Source: a cyanobacterium endosymbiont of Braarudosphaera bigelowii (lineage in GTDB: Bacteria > Cyanobacteriota > Cyanobacteriia > Cyanobacteriales > Microcystaceae). From it: a stretch of 32,000 nucleotides of DNA. Under the pieces are notes generated by a model. That model was not told the DNA's origin and did not search any database. It saw nothing but the letters and a program-made list of their open reading frames with translations. Position numbers and translations under genes: made by a program. The stretch spans positions 1,050,001 to 1,082,000 of the forward strand of contig NZ_AP024987.1 in assembly GCF_020885515.1 (NCBI RefSeq). The letters are read 5' to 3'. Numbering within the stretch: position 1 is the stretch's first letter; the number at the start of each line of letters is the position of its first letter. This document shows, piece by piece, positions 1-11,631 of this stretch.

Positions 1-1
1 T

Positions 2-2698
2 TTATTTGTTGCTGATGGAGATGATGTCCAGAAAGATAGAATGTTAGCTGAAGTTACATCTGCCAAAACGACTTGTGCGACAGAACGTGCGACAAAAGAC
101 GTATCAACTGATCTAGCTGGGGAAGTATTTTTTGCAAGTTTAGTTGCAGAAGAAAAAACTGATCGCCAAGGTAATACGACTCATATTGCCCAAAGAGGAG
201 GTTTAGTATGGGTACTATCAGGAGAAGTATATAACTTTCCCCCTGGGGCAGAACCAATAGTGCTAAATGGAGATCAAGTAACAGCAGAAGATGTATTAGC
301 AGAAACTAAACTAGTATCTCTTAATGGGGGAATGGTTCGATATCTTCCTCAAAGTCGTGAAATAGATATTATTACTGCTTCTGTATCTTTAGATACAGCT
401 GAGATACGTAGAGAAAGTAATGGTGGACATGAACAATATATAGTTTATACAGCTGATAATCAAAGATTTTTACTAAAAGCAACTCCTGAAACAAAAGTAC
501 AAAATCATGCAATTATTGCGGAATTAATTGATAATCGTTATGAAACTTCTACAGGTGGTATTCTACGTTATGGTGGTATAGAGGTAGCAAAAGGAAGTCG
601 TAAAACTGGTTACGAAATACTAGGAGGAGGAACTTTACTGTGGGTTCCTGAGGAAACTCATGAAGTCAATAAAGATATCTCTCTACTAATAGTTGAGGAT
701 GGGCAATATGTTGAAGCAGGTACTGAAGTAGTAAAGGATATTTTTTGTCAGTCTTCAGGTGTTGTTGAAGTTGTTCAAAAAAATGATATTTTACGAGAAA
801 TTATTATTAAACCTGGAGAATTTCATCTAGATGTTGACCCAAATGAAGTTGTATTGAAAAACGAAGATCTCGTTCCTCCAGGAACAGAAGTTTTACCCGG
901 TGTTGTCAGTACTGATCTACGTCAAGTTGAATGGATTGAAAGCACTGAAGGACAAGGTCTACTGCTACGCCCTGTTGAGGAGTATAATATTAATCATAAG
1001 CCAAAAGTTCCATCCCAAAATTCAATTAATGGAAGAGATCTAGAAAGACATATTGAATTACGACCTATACAAAAATTATTTTATAAAGATGGAGAAAGGG
1101 TAAAATCAGTTGATGGAGTCCATCTCGTAAATACTCAGTTAGTACTGGAGATTGATACTGGAAATGATCAATTATCTTCTACTTTAGTTGCAGATATTGA
1201 ATTAAAAGATGATGATACAAAAGATTGCCAGCGTTTACAACTAGTTATTCTAGAATCTTTAATACTACGTCGAGATCTTGATACAGATCCTCATGGTGGA
1301 ATAATTAAGACTAGTGTTTTAGTATCTGATGGAGATCAAATATCTCCAGGTGATGTAGTAGCAAAAACTGAAATTCGATGTAAGGAAAATGGACAGATTC
1401 GAGGAATAAAAGATGGTCTTGAGGCAGTACGTCGTCTTTTAGTAGTAAGAGATGAAGATATTCACACTTTTACATTAAGCGAAGAACCTCAAGTAAAAGA
1501 AAATGACTTAATTGTGGCAGGGGCAAAACTTGCTCAAGGAATAGTTGCACCTGATTCAGGATTAATATCTTCTATAAATCAGATTAATTCATCAAAGTAT
1601 GAAGTAACTCTACGATTAGCTCGCCCTTATAGAGTTTCTTCTGGAGCCATTTTACATGTTGATGATGGAGATTTAGTTCAACGTGGAGATAACTTGGTCT
1701 TATTAGTTTATGAAAGGGCCAAAACAGGGGATATCATACAAGGTTTACCTCGAATTGAAGAATTATTAGAAGCTCGAAAGCCAAAAGAAGCCTGTGTCTT
1801 AGCTAGAAAGCCAGGAGTTTGTCAAATCGAATACAGCGATAATGAAATTCTATCAATGAAAGTTATTGAAGATGAAGGAGGAGAAACTGATTACCCTATT
1901 CTTCTTAACCAAAATGCTATTGTCTCAGACAACCAAAAAGTTGATATTGGTGAACATTTAACTGATGGTCCAGCTAATCCACACGAATTATTAGAAGTCT
2001 TTTTTAATTACTATGTTGATAAAAAAGGAGTCTATGAAGCCGCTTTAATTGGTTTACAAGAAGCCCAAAAATTCTTAGTTGATCAGGTACAGGTTGTTTA
2101 CCAATCTCAAGGAATTGATATTTCTGATAAACATATTGAAGTCATTGTTCGCCAAATGACTGCAAAGGTTAGAGTTGATGACGGTGGAGATACAACAATG
2201 TTACCTGGAGAATTAGTAGAACTACGTCAAATAGAACAAGTTAATGAAGCTATGTCTATTACAGGTGGTGCGCCGGCTATGTATACTCCTGTTTTGTTGG
2301 GAATTACTAAGGCTTCGCTGAATACAGACAGCTTCATAAGTGCAGCATCCTTCCAGGAGACCACTCGTGTTCTAACAGAGGCAGCTATTGAAGGAAAGTC
2401 TGATTGGTTAAGAGGCTTAAAAGAAAATGTAATTATTGGTCGTTTAATTCCTGCAGGTACTGGCTTTAATGCTCATGAAGAAATGCTTACAGGAACTGTA
2501 GATACCAATGATGATAATTCTGATAATCACTATGAAAAAGAGAGTAAGCGGTATGATACAGAGCATTCAAATCGATTGCTAGGATCTACTTTGGATAAAG
2601 TAGATGAGAATATGATCTTAGACGATAATATTGCTCGTGCTTATACTAAAGCAGATACTCCTTGGAATATTAATACTAGAACAAATAATGATGAGTGA
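2..2698 (+). CDS. rpoC2: DNA-directed RNA polymerase subunit beta' C-terminal part (RpoC2), 5' truncated by the window edge
   Basis: Frame is open to base 2, upstream of the first ATG at 41. Protein contains cyanobacterial RpoC2-type repeats and the conserved '[16 protein letters not shown]' and '[57 protein letters not shown]' motifs. Confidence 0.98.
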   Translation, partial: LFVADGDDVQKDRMLAEVTSAKTTCATERATKDVSTDLAGEVFFASLVAEEKTDRQGNTTHIAQRGGLVWVLSGEVYNFPPGAEPIVLNGDQVTAEDVLAETKLVSLNGGMVRYLPQSREIDIITASVSLDTAEIRRESNGGHEQYIVYTADNQRFLLKATPETKVQNHAIIAELIDNRYETSTGGILRYGGIEVAKGSRKTGYEILGGGTLLWVPEETHEVNKDISLLIVEDGQYVEAGTEVVKDIFCQSSGVVEVVQKNDILREIIIKPGEFHLDVDPNEVVLKNEDLVPPGTEVLPGVVSTDLRQVEWIESTEGQGLLLRPVEEYNINHKPKVPSQNSINGRDLERHIELRPIQKLFYKDGERVKSVDGVHLVNTQLVLEIDTGNDQLSSTLVADIELKDDDTKDCQRLQLVILESLILRRDLDTDPHGGIIKTSVLVSDGDQISPGDVVAKTEIRCKENGQIRGIKDGLEAVRRLLVVRDEDIHTFTLSEEPQVKENDLIVAGAKLAQGIVAPDSGLISSINQINSSKYEVTLRLARPYRVSSGAILHVDDGDLVQRGDNLVLLVYERAKTGDIIQGLPRIEELLEARKPKEACVLARKPGVCQIEYSDNEILSMKVIEDEGGETDYPILLNQNAIVSDNQKVDIGEHLTDGPANPHELLEVFFNYYVDKKGVYEAALIGLQEAQKFLVDQVQVVYQSQGIDISDKHIEVIVRQMTAKVRVDDGGDTTMLPGELVELRQIEQVNEAMSITGGAPAMYTPVLLGITKASLNTDSFISAASFQETTRVLTEAAIEGKSDWLRGLKENVIIGRLIPAGTGFNAHEEMLTGTVDTNDDNSDNHYEKESKRYDTEHSNRLLGSTLDKVDENMILDDNIARAYTKADTPWNINTRTNNDE

Positions 2699-2862
2699 AT
2701 AAAACTTAATTTATTATCCTAGACAAAAACAGAATATAATATTCTCTTATGGTATTTGTTCTTTATTTTGATTATATTTTGAAGATATTGTAGATCTTCA
2801 AAATATAATCAAACGGTTATATACTAGTTTATATATCTTAAATAAGCTTAAAATATATAAAT

Positions 2863-3522
2863 ATGGAAAAATCAAACTTAGCTATGGATTTAAGTGCTTT
2901 AAGACAAGAATATAATTGTGAAGGCCTAATAAAAAAAGACTTAGCTTTGGATCCTTTTCATCAGTTTGAAAAATGGTTTAAGCAATATACACAAGCGAAT
3001 CTACCAGAACCAAATGCAATGGTCTTAGCAACTGTTTCGGAAAGAGGAGAACCTTCGACAAGACTAGTTCTTTTAAAATATTTTGATAAACAAGGATTCG
3101 TCTTTTTCACAAATTATAAAAGCAAAAAAGCTAAACAAATAGAGAAAAATTCTAATGTTGCTCTATTGTTTCCATGGTTTCCTCTAGAACGTCAGGTCAA
3201 AATCCAAGGAACAGCTAGCAAAATATCAATAACAGAATCTTTGGCGTATTTTGTTAGTCGTCCTCGAGGTAGTCAAATAGGTGCTTGGTGCTCACACCAG
3301 AGTACTGTTGTATCTTCAAGAAGTATATTAGAAAATAGCTATGAAGAGTTAAAGATAAAATTTCAAAATAAAACAATACCTCTGCCATCTTTTTGGGGAG
3401 GATATCGTGTAGTTCCTAAACAATTTGAGTTTTGGCAAGGACGTAGTAATAGACTACATGATAGATTTACTTATAGCTCTACAGATGATGACCATTGGAG
3501 TATTGACCGTTTATCTCCTTAG
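2863..3522 (+). CDS. pdxH: pyridoxamine 5'-phosphate oxidase
   Basis: 219 aa; 'PNAMVLATVSERGEPSTRLVLLKYFDKQGFVFFTNY', 'RGSQIGAWCSHQS' and C-terminal 'FEFWQGRSNRLHDRFTY...WSIDRLSP' are typical of PdxH. Confidence 0.96.
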   Translation: MEKSNLAMDLSALRQEYNCEGLIKKDLALDPFHQFEKWFKQYTQANLPEPNAMVLATVSERGEPSTRLVLLKYFDKQGFVFFTNYKSKKAKQIEKNSNVALLFPWFPLERQVKIQGTASKISITESLAYFVSRPRGSQIGAWCSHQSTVVSSRSILENSYEELKIKFQNKTIPLPSFWGGYRVVPKQFEFWQGRSNRLHDRFTYSSTDDDHWSIDRLSP

Positions 3523-3937
3523 CCTAGTTCTTCTAGAAGAAAATATTAATTGTATTATTACTTTAATCATAGCTAAATGCTTAAACAATAAAAATCCTAC
3601 CGAATGAAAAGAATAACTATTAATTAATGTAACAATTTAGATTACTCTAAGGTTACAACCTCATTTATTTTTTAAAAATTATCTGAAAAGTAAGTTCTAT
3701 AGCCATATATTCAATCAGATAAAATATTTTAGGTAGAAAAATCAAAGTATAATTTTCTAATAGTAAATAATAAGTATAAATTAGTTTAGTAATCCATAAA
3801 TTTTCATTATGTATGAGAATAATAATTCAATAGTCTAAAAATAAAAGAAAGTTAATTAGATTAGTCAATATACAATAAATAAGCTTCTTAAAGTTAAGCT
3901 GAAAATCCGTATATGTTTTGCTTGGATTATTAAGGTT

Positions 3938-5014
3938 ATGATTGATATTATTATAATTACGATATTTATTCTGGTAGCTGCTGGAATTGGTTTCAATAGC
4001 GTTGACTTACTTTCTTCAGAATTACAAAAACAAATTTCCGATATTAATAGCTTGCGATGTTTAGGAGCTTTTTGTTCTTCAATTTTAGGACTAATTTTTG
4101 GTCTAGTTGCACAAACTACATATAGACATATAGAAGCAGAGATTAAGTCCATTTCCATAGAAGTTATTCTAACAAGGTCAATAGGACTTGTTATAGGACT
4201 CATTATCGCTAATCTTACTATTGCCCCAATCTTTTTACTACCGATACCTCAAGAGTTTACTTTTATTAAACCTATGGTTGCTATTCTAGGAAGTATTTTA
4301 TTCTCTTTTATGGGAGTTAGCATAGCAGGTGTTCATCAAAGAAAACTTCTAAGATTTGCGAATTTTAATATTACAGAATCCGGTTCAGCTAAAGAAAACA
4401 AGTTTGAGGATGTCTCTATCAAAATTATTGATACTAGTTGCATAATAGATGGACGTATAGAAAAACTTTTATATACAGGATTTATTGAAGGAAGAATTCT
4501 GGTTCCTGAATTTGTATTACAAGAATTACAAATATTAGCAGATAATAATAATGAGCAAAAACGTTTTAAAGGACGTAGGGGATTAGATATATTACATAGA
4601 ATGCAGGAATCGTTTCCTGATAATCTTTTTGTTTATCAAAGTTATTATAAAAAAGTTTCTACTGTTGATGCAAAATTAGTTGATCTTGCAAGAGAAATTA
4701 ATGGGATTCTTTTAACGAACGACTACAACTTAAGTAAAGTAGCTAGCTTACAAAAAGTTGCTATTCTTAACATTAACGATATAACCGAAGCTAGTCGCTT
4801 AATTTACTTACCTCAAGATATATTGCATCTTAAAATCATTAAGCCAGGACAGGAAACTAATCAAGGAGTAGGATATTTGGAAGATGGCACGATAGTAGTT
4901 ATAGAAGAGGGAGAAAAGTATATAGGAAAAACTGTAAGCGTACTTGTAACCTCTTTGTTCCAAACTTCTACAGGGCGAATGGTTTTTGCCAAAGCTCAGT
5001 CAGTTATATCTTAG
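3938..5014 (+). CDS. PIN/TRAM domain membrane protein (YacL-like)
   Basis: 358 aa; N-terminal TM segments, then a PIN domain 'IIDTSCIIDGRIEKLLYTGFIEGRILVPEFVLQELQ...KRFKGRRGLDILHRMQ' and a C-terminal TRAM-like 'QGVGYLEDGTIVVIEEGEKYIGKTVSVLVTS'. Confidence 0.9.
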   Translation: MIDIIIITIFILVAAGIGFNSVDLLSSELQKQISDINSLRCLGAFCSSILGLIFGLVAQTTYRHIEAEIKSISIEVILTRSIGLVIGLIIANLTIAPIFLLPIPQEFTFIKPMVAILGSILFSFMGVSIAGVHQRKLLRFANFNITESGSAKENKFEDVSIKIIDTSCIIDGRIEKLLYTGFIEGRILVPEFVLQELQILADNNNEQKRFKGRRGLDILHRMQESFPDNLFVYQSYYKKVSTVDAKLVDLAREINGILLTNDYNLSKVASLQKVAILNINDITEASRLIYLPQDILHLKIIKPGQETNQGVGYLEDGTIVVIEEGEKYIGKTVSVLVTSLFQTSTGRMVFAKAQSVIS

Positions 5015-5060
5015 TATTAAAATTATTGTACATTTTACAGTTATTAAAATTTGTTTTGAA

Positions 5061-5804
5061 TTAAGTACAATTTAATTCTTCAAATATATTATGTCTTGTA
5101 TGCAATCTTTTTAAATGAGATTCGAGTTCATAAGTTAATCTTTCAGAATCATTTTTAGTGTCTTGGAAATCATATATAGTTATATCCATAGGTAAACCAA
5201 TATTCACAACAACTTTTGTCCGCCAAGAAGGGAAAAATTTACTGTATTGAATACTAATTGGTAGTATTTTTACTGTATTACTAGGTTGTTGATACTTAAC
5301 GTCTATAACAATATGTGCTGTACCTCTTTTCAAAGTTCTAACCTGGGATCCCCTGAAAATACCTCCTTCTGGAAAAATAACTAACATTTTTTCTTTTTTT
5401 AAAATCTCTATACTATGATCTAAGCCACCACCAATTAATTGTTTAGAGTTGATGGGAAAACCTCCTAACTTCCGGATAAACCAACCTTGAATACCTTTCA
5501 TTTCACTAGAAGACACCATAAAATTGAGATCTTGTCCACTCGCTACACGACCTACGGCATAAGGAATTATTAAGGCATCCCAACGAGAACGATGGGATGG
5601 AGTTACAATTACTGAACCATTTTTAGGAATATTTTCTTGTCCTTTTATTATCAAACGACCAAAATAAAATGGCAAAATTATCCAGAATCCTAAAATATAA
5701 GCAATATAAATTAACCAGGGAGAAATTTTAGGTTGTAATTTTTCATGAGAATGATTGAAGATATACATACAGTTAAACAAAAGTTGTAAAAATAATAGAT
5801 TCAA
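5061..5804 (-). CDS. 1-acyl-sn-glycerol-3-phosphate acyltransferase family protein
   Basis: 247 aa; 'SVIVTPSHRSRWDAL' (HX4D-like box) and 'MLVIFPEGGIFRG' (PEG box) of the PlsC family. Confidence 0.88.
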   Translation of the reverse strand: MNLLFLQLLFNCMYIFNHSHEKLQPKISPWLIYIAYILGFWIILPFYFGRLIIKGQENIPKNGSVIVTPSHRSRWDALIIPYAVGRVASGQDLNFMVSSSEMKGIQGWFIRKLGGFPINSKQLIGGGLDHSIEILKKEKMLVIFPEGGIFRGSQVRTLKRGTAHIVIDVKYQQPSNTVKILPISIQYSKFFPSWRTKVVVNIGLPMDITIYDFQDTKNDSERLTYELESHLKRLHTRHNIFEELNCT

Positions 5805-5807
5805 ACA

Positions 5808-6317
5808 TTAGTTACCAAGCATCTTTTGGACTTTTTCTTGTAAATGTTTGTTTTTCGCGACTATTTCCTCAATTTTTAGAAACCTTGATAAATCTAATCC
5901 CTGAGTTTTTACAGTACTTTGTCTCTTTTTCTCTGCATTGTTCATAATTTCTTCAAGTTTAACAACAACTTTTCGAAATCTATCTAAATCTTCTGAAGAA
6001 TTATTAAGACTGGGTTGTAACTGTCTTTGATTTTTATTAATTTCCATAAATTTCTCAGGAGTTAGACCTTCCTTTTTCATTGCTTTGGCCATGATATGTT
6101 GCATGTTCATTTCAATTCTTTGAAATTGCTTAATTACATTTACAAATTGCTTTAATTCTAAAGGACTAATTTCCTGTGAATAAATAGTTTCTGTTTTTAT
6201 GGTAGGCGATAAAGGTGCTTGAAATTGAGATTTAACTTTCTGAGGAAATGAAAACAATAAAATTGTAACTATACTTCCTAATATGGATATTTTAAACATA
6301 AACTTTTTCCTGAACAT
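5808..6317 (-). CDS. DUF4168-like secreted or periplasmic protein
   Basis: 169 aa; N-terminal signal-like hydrophobic segment and 'ISPLELKQFVNVIKQFQRIE...GLDLSRFLKIEEIVAKNKHLQEKVQKML', resembling cyanobacterial DUF4168 proteins. Confidence 0.65.
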   Translation of the reverse strand: MFRKKFMFKISILGSIVTILLFSFPQKVKSQFQAPLSPTIKTETIYSQEISPLELKQFVNVIKQFQRIEMNMQHIMAKAMKKEGLTPEKFMEINKNQRQLQPSLNNSSEDLDRFRKVVVKLEEIMNNAEKKRQSTVKTQGLDLSRFLKIEEIVAKNKHLQEKVQKMLGN

Positions 6318-6548
6318 TTATTTATAATTCCAGTATAGTTAATTATCTTAGACTTCTATTGTTTAAATTGCCACATATTTTGAGCTATTAGTTATTGAAA
6401 TTTTCTTTAACAAAAATAGATTTATTTATTCTTTATAATTTAATTCAATGAAACATATTTTATAATCATTATAATCTTGGTAGGTACGGATAAAAGTCTC
6501 TCCATGCAAATCCGGCAATTGATTTTAATTTTTGTGAAATTCAACACT

Positions 6549-8837
6549 ATGAGTCAGAAAAAGAGATTAAATATTATTATTAAGGGTATTGTTCAAGGTG
6601 TTGGTTTTAGACCTTTTATTTATAAACTATCAATCAAGTTAGACTTAAAAGGAATAGTTATTAATTCTGGATCAGGAGTTATTGTCGAGGTTGAAGGAAA
6701 TAAGTACAATCTACAAAGTTTTCTATTAAAAATACATGAGGAAAAACCTGTAATATCAAAAATTGATATTATAAAAGTTATTACTCTTGAACCTGTCGGA
6801 TATCCGACTTTTGAAATAAAAAATAGTATTAATGACAAAAAAAATGTTACAGTTCCTCCTGATCTAGCTACATGCCAGGATTGTTTAGAAGAGATTTCTG
6901 ATCCTAATAACAGAAGATATTTATATCCTTTTACTAATTGTACTAACTGTGGCTCACGTTATAGTATTATCCTTGGACTACCGTATGATCGCTCTCAAAC
7001 AAGTATAAATAAGTTTACTATGTGTAAATTTTGTAAAGAAGAATATAAAGATTCTTTGGGCAAGCGATTCCATTCTCAAGTAAATTTCTGTCCCTATTGT
7101 GGTCCAGAGTTAAAACTATTAAATAATAAAGGTCAAATACTATCATATAGTCTCGAAGCATTAAGACAATGTATTAATGAGCTTAAAGCTGGAAAAATTA
7201 TTGCAATTAAAGGATTAGGTGGATTTCAGTTTATTACTAATGCCAGAAATATAAATTCAGTTAATAAGTTAAGAAAATATAAAAATCGACCTGCAAAACC
7301 ATTCGCTTTAATGTATTCTTCATTGGAAGCTATAAGAACTGATTGTCAAATTAGTTTGTTAGAAAAAGAATTGTTAATTTCGCCTCAAGCTCCTATCGTT
7401 TTACTTAAGCGAAAAACTAATAATAGTCTGAATTGTAATATTGCACCGAATAACCCATATTTAGGAGTTATGCTTTCCTCAACTTCTTTACACTATTTAT
7501 TACTAAAAGAATTAAATTTTCCGCTTATCGTAACTAGCGGAAATATTAATAGTGAACCTATATGCATTGAGGAAGGAGAAGCTATACAGTCTTTAGGACC
7601 TATCGCTGATTCATTTTTAGTTCATGATTTACCAATTATTCGTCCTATTGACGATTCTGTAGTAAGAATTATACAAGGAAGAAAAGCATTTATACGATGT
7701 GCTAGAGGATATGCACCTATATCTTTAATGATGAACAAACAATTATATTCAAATTATAAAAAATTTATAAACATACCTAATGTTCTAGCAGTTGGAAGTC
7801 ATACAAAAAACACTGTGGCCATACTAAAAAATAACCAGATTTTTGTAAGTCAACATATTGGAGAACTGAGTACACTAAAAACCTTTGAATCGTTTAAGAA
7901 TACAATTAATAGTCTTAAAGCCTTATATCAATTTAAACCACAAATTATAGTATGCGATAAGCATCCTGATTATGTATCCAGTCATTTCGCGAAAGCTCAG
8001 AAGTTACCTTTGGGAAAAGTCCAACATCATTATGCTCATGTACTTTCTTGTATGTTAGATAACCAATTGAAGCCACCGGTTTTAGGAATCGCATGGGATG
8101 GAACTGGATATGGTAACGATAGTACGATTTGGGGAGGAGAATTCATACTAGTTTTAAATAATTATTACGAAAGAATTGCCCATTTTCATCCTTTTAAGCT
8201 TCCAGGAGGTGACAAGGCTATTAAAGATTCTAAGCGTAGTGCATTAGGCATGCTATATGAGATATCAAATTTTAAAGATAACTTAGAACTGTCTTTCTTG
8301 AAAGAATTCTCAAAACAAGAATTATCTTTATTACAACAAATGTTATCTCTTAATATTAATACATTTTTAACCACAAGTGTAGGTAGACTATTTGATGGAG
8401 TTGCAGCAATTTTAGGAATATGTTATGAAAATACTTTTGAAGGGCAAAGTAGTATGATGTTAGAGCATGCTACTATAAGTTCCGAAACTGAGGACAGTTA
8501 TACTTATACGATAAGGGAAAAAAAATATCCTTATATAGTAGACTGGAAACCAATCATAAAAGAGATAATTCAAGATTTACTTAGTAAAGTACCATATGGA
8601 GAAATTTCCGTAAAATTTCATAATACCCTTGCTGAAATTATTGTTGATATTGCTAAAATATCTCAGATAAAAAATATTTTATTAACTGGAGGATGCTTTC
8701 AAAACAAATATCTTACAGAAAGGGTAATTTTTAGGTTAGAGCAGGAAAATTTGGTTCCTTTCTTTCATAAACATATACCATCGAATGATGGAGGTATCGC
8801 TTTAGGACAAATCATAGCAGAGATTATCCATAAATAA
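6549..8837 (+). CDS. hypF: carbamoyltransferase HypF ([NiFe]-hydrogenase maturation)
   Basis: Acylphosphatase domain 'IVQGVGFRPFIYKLS', zinc-finger repeats 'CQDCLEEISDPNNRRYLYPFTNCTNCGSRYSII', 'VQHHYAHVLSCML' and 'LTGGCFQNKYLTE'. ORF track starts at 6477, but the MSQKKRLNI ATG at 6549 fits the family N-terminus better. Confidence 0.96.
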   Translation: MSQKKRLNIIIKGIVQGVGFRPFIYKLSIKLDLKGIVINSGSGVIVEVEGNKYNLQSFLLKIHEEKPVISKIDIIKVITLEPVGYPTFEIKNSINDKKNVTVPPDLATCQDCLEEISDPNNRRYLYPFTNCTNCGSRYSIILGLPYDRSQTSINKFTMCKFCKEEYKDSLGKRFHSQVNFCPYCGPELKLLNNKGQILSYSLEALRQCINELKAGKIIAIKGLGGFQFITNARNINSVNKLRKYKNRPAKPFALMYSSLEAIRTDCQISLLEKELLISPQAPIVLLKRKTNNSLNCNIAPNNPYLGVMLSSTSLHYLLLKELNFPLIVTSGNINSEPICIEEGEAIQSLGPIADSFLVHDLPIIRPIDDSVVRIIQGRKAFIRCARGYAPISLMMNKQLYSNYKKFINIPNVLAVGSHTKNTVAILKNNQIFVSQHIGELSTLKTFESFKNTINSLKALYQFKPQIIVCDKHPDYVSSHFAKAQKLPLGKVQHHYAHVLSCMLDNQLKPPVLGIAWDGTGYGNDSTIWGGEFILVLNNYYERIAHFHPFKLPGGDKAIKDSKRSALGMLYEISNFKDNLELSFLKEFSKQELSLLQQMLSLNINTFLTTSVGRLFDGVAAILGICYENTFEGQSSMMLEHATISSETEDSYTYTIREKKYPYIVDWKPIIKEIIQDLLSKVPYGEISVKFHNTLAEIIVDIAKISQIKNILLTGGCFQNKYLTERVIFRLEQENLVPFFHKHIPSNDGGIALGQIIAEIIHK

Positions 8838-9075
8838 TAATTTTTTAATAAGGTACGAAAACGTTAATAAGAATCTATAGTTTAAATTTTAGAGAACTTT
8901 TATTCAATTAAATAGATTAATAAAACTTTTTCAGTTTCAATAGAATGAAAAGCTTTATAAAGTTCGCTGTGTATATATTCCATACAAACTGGTATAAAAA
9001 TAATGTTTTTATTAATGTTATCTTTTATACAAGACGATGTAGACTTAGTTATTATATTAAATTCAAAGATTTATT

Positions 9076-9471
9076 ATGGAATTAGTGTTTCCTAAAGATT
9101 TAAGATTCTTAGATTCTCATGAATACGTTCGTTTAGATGAGAAAAGTGCCATTATTGGAATTAGTGCTTATGCTATTGAACAATTAGGAGATATAGTATT
9201 CTTGGAATTGCCCAATATAGGAGATATTATACGCACTGGAGAGAGTTTCGGTTCAATTGAATCAGTCAAGGCGGCTGAGGATCTTTATCCTCCAATTTCA
9301 GGGATCATCATAGATCGTAATGAGAGGATAATTGAAAATCCAGATGAAATAATCGATGATCCTTATGGAGATGGATGGTTGTTAAAAGTACAAATTGAAG
9401 ATTTTAACAACGAATTAAAAAATACTTTGTCAGAGCAAGAGTACAGACATATGTTAAATGAGCATACTTAA
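9076..9471 (+). CDS. gcvH: glycine cleavage system H protein
   Basis: 131 aa; 'VRLDEKSAIIGISAYAIEQLGDIVFLELPNIGDIIRTGESFGSIESVKAAEDLYPPISG' with the lipoyl-lysine motif ESVKAA. Confidence 0.97.
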   Translation: MELVFPKDLRFLDSHEYVRLDEKSAIIGISAYAIEQLGDIVFLELPNIGDIIRTGESFGSIESVKAAEDLYPPISGIIIDRNERIIENPDEIIDDPYGDGWLLKVQIEDFNNELKNTLSEQEYRHMLNEHT

Positions 9472-9549
9472 ACAATGAAAAAATCTAATTATTAATAGGA
9501 ATTAAGCCGTAGAGTAATTAGTAATTAAACATCTTCAAAAAGTTGAATG

Positions 9550-10746
9550 TTACATCTTTTTTGCCTGAAAAATACGTTTTACTACTGCTTCAACAACTTT
9601 ATCAGGGGTTGAAGCTCCAGATGTAACTCCAATAGTTAAAGGTGTATTAGGAAGCCAATTATCTTGAACAACTAAATCTTGTGTTAATGGTTTATGTTCA
9701 ATTCTGTTTCCTAGAAGAATACGTTTTTCACTATCTATATGATAAGAAGGAATTCCCTTTTCTATAGCGATTTCCTGTAAATGTGTAGTATTAGATGAAT
9801 TAAAACCACCAATAACTACCATTAAAGAAATATTTTCTTCTACTAGGTTCAACATAGCATCCTGACGTTCTTGAGTAGCATCACATATTGTATTAAAACT
9901 CATAAAATGTTTATCTAACTCAACTGGACCATACTTTTTTAATATAGTCATCTCAAACATTTTTCCAATTTGTTCTGTTTCACTCTTAAGCATAGTTGTT
10001 TGATTAGCTATACCTAGTTTTATTAAATCTTTATCTGGATTAAAATCTTCTGAGCAAGCATTTCGAAATTTTTCTAAGAATAATTTTTTATCTCCTCCAT
10101 TGAGCATATATTCACAAACATAAGCTGCTTCCTCAAGATTTAATACGACTAAATAGGTTTCAGCAAAGGAACTAGTAGCGACAGTTTCTTCATGCTTATA
10201 TTTCCCATGAATTATAGATGTATAGTTTTTTTTCTTATGTTTTTCAACTGAATTCCAAACTTTAGAAACCCATGGACAAGTTGTATCAATAATAGTACAT
10301 CCTATACTGTTCAAAAATTGCATTTCTGTAACACTTGCTCCAAAAGCAGGTAGTATAACTACATCTCCTTGTTTCACAACAGAAAAATCTTTGTTTTCAC
10401 CAATAATTTTAATGAATCCAACATTCATTTCCAACAAACGTTGATTAACTGAAGGATTGTGAATAATTTCATTAGTAATCCATATTTGTTTATCTGAAAA
10501 ATGCTGACGAGTTTCATAAGCCATAGCTACTGCACGTTCAACTCCCCAGCAAAAGCCAAAAGCTTCTGCTAAATGGATAGTTATATCACCTTGTTGCCAC
10601 CGATAGTTATTGTTACGAATTTTTTGAATTAGAGAACTTTGGTATTCTGTATTCATTACGCCCATAACTTCAGCCTCATGCCCAAAACCTTTGCGATGAT
10701 AATGTATAGACTGTTGTAAAGATCTTTTAAAAGCTTTTGTATCCAT
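9550..10746 (-). CDS. ispH: 4-hydroxy-3-methylbut-2-enyl diphosphate reductase
   Basis: 398 aa, long cyanobacterial-type IspH; '[19 protein letters not shown]', '[17 protein letters not shown]', '[19 protein letters not shown]', '[14 protein letters not shown]'. Confidence 0.96.
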   Translation of the reverse strand: MDTKAFKRSLQQSIHYHRKGFGHEAEVMGVMNTEYQSSLIQKIRNNNYRWQQGDITIHLAEAFGFCWGVERAVAMAYETRQHFSDKQIWITNEIIHNPSVNQRLLEMNVGFIKIIGENKDFSVVKQGDVVILPAFGASVTEMQFLNSIGCTIIDTTCPWVSKVWNSVEKHKKKNYTSIIHGKYKHEETVATSSFAETYLVVLNLEEAAYVCEYMLNGGDKKLFLEKFRNACSEDFNPDKDLIKLGIANQTTMLKSETEQIGKMFEMTILKKYGPVELDKHFMSFNTICDATQERQDAMLNLVEENISLMVVIGGFNSSNTTHLQEIAIEKGIPSYHIDSEKRILLGNRIEHKPLTQDLVVQDNWLPNTPLTIGVTSGASTPDKVVEAVVKRIFQAKKM

Positions 10747-11331
10747 GGTATCGTAAGACTAAATTTATAATTGGTACTAATTATCAATCATCTTTCATAA
10801 ATGATCAAATTTGTTTAAGGAATTAATTGAAATTATACTAGATCGTAATAGCAGTTTAAGTATAAGAACTGTTATTTGAACTAATTTGTTCAAACTATAT
10901 AATTTAATAGTTGATAAATCTAAGTTATTTTTTATGAGAACTTTAGTATTTAATCAAAGTATTATTGAACAATATATGTGAGATCAATCACTAACTATAT
11001 TAGTTAATGGAATATAAACTCTTGCAATAATCAGTCAAAAACTAATATTAAATTATCTAAATTTTTATCTATATAATTTATAAATTGTTCTAAATTTAAA
11101 ACAAATCAATTTGCATAGAATTTTTGATGATACTCTAAACTTAGAAAATTACGGCAGAAAATAAGCTGTGTTGAAAATATTCTTTCAAATATAAAAAATC
11201 TAAACATTTTAAGGTTAAATACTTTATCTTAGTTTAATTTATATATATTTTCTAATTTACAGCTATCATTTAGATATTGCTTTTTGATATGGTAAATATT
11301 AAATAATATAGTATTGATTTAATCTTTTTTT

Positions 11332-11631
11332 ATGAATAATCCTTTAAAAGAATCTTCTTCGCAAGAAGTTAGCCCTTTAAGCTGTCTTATTGGATCATTT
11401 TTAGCCGGAATATTAGGCTATGGACTTTATGTATTAACTAGTTCTATTATTTATTCTTTTTATGCTAAGCCTTTAATATCTTCTAATCTTTTAACTATAA
11501 AATTAGGAAGTTTGGTAAGGACCTTAGTCATGGGCGTTGCTTCATTAGCAACTTTTATATGTTTCTTTATATCTTGTGGGTTAATTTTATTAGCTTTTCA
11601 ATTATTTTGGAATAAAATTAATCGTACTTAG
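11332..11631 (+). CDS. small membrane protein, DUF3082-like
   Basis: 99 aa with three predicted hydrophobic segments; 'PLSCLIGSFLAGILGYGLYVLTSSI' resembles cyanobacterial DUF3082 proteins. Confidence 0.6.
   Translation: MNNPLKESSSQEVSPLSCLIGSFLAGILGYGLYVLTSSIIYSFYAKPLISSNLLTIKLGSLVRTLVMGVASLATFICFFISCGLILLAFQLFWNKINRT

Noticed and set aside
54-257. Minus-strand ORF inside rpoC2
   Set aside because: Fully antisense to a well-conserved coding frame, with no recognisable protein character.
2731-2745. AGAATATAATATTCT palindrome after rpoC2
   Set aside because: All-weak pairing with a 1-nt centre, likely compositional.
3528-3541. 14-bp palindrome TTCTTCTAGAAGAA after pdxH
   Set aside because: Perfect but short with no loop and no run of Ts; palindromes this short are expected by chance over 32 kb of AT-rich DNA. 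It could be an operator but nothing supports it.
3425-3607. Plus-strand ORF overlapping the 3' end of pdxH
   Set aside because: Out-of-frame readout of the pdxH end and AT-rich spacer; no family resemblance.
3865-4203. Minus-strand 112-aa ORF
   Set aside because: Antisense to the N-terminal membrane part of the PIN/TRAM gene; composition is consistent with a shadow ORF.
6477-6548. 24-aa N-terminal extension of hypF in the ORF track
   Set aside because: HypF homology begins at MSQKKRL (6549); the extension is not conserved-looking.
10747-11331. 585-bp AT-rich divergent spacer between ispH and the DUF3082-like gene, inspected for tRNA, small photosystem genes or ncRNA
   Set aside because: No tRNA T-loop signature or small conserved peptide found by eye; a Rfam/tRNAscan search would be needed to be sure.
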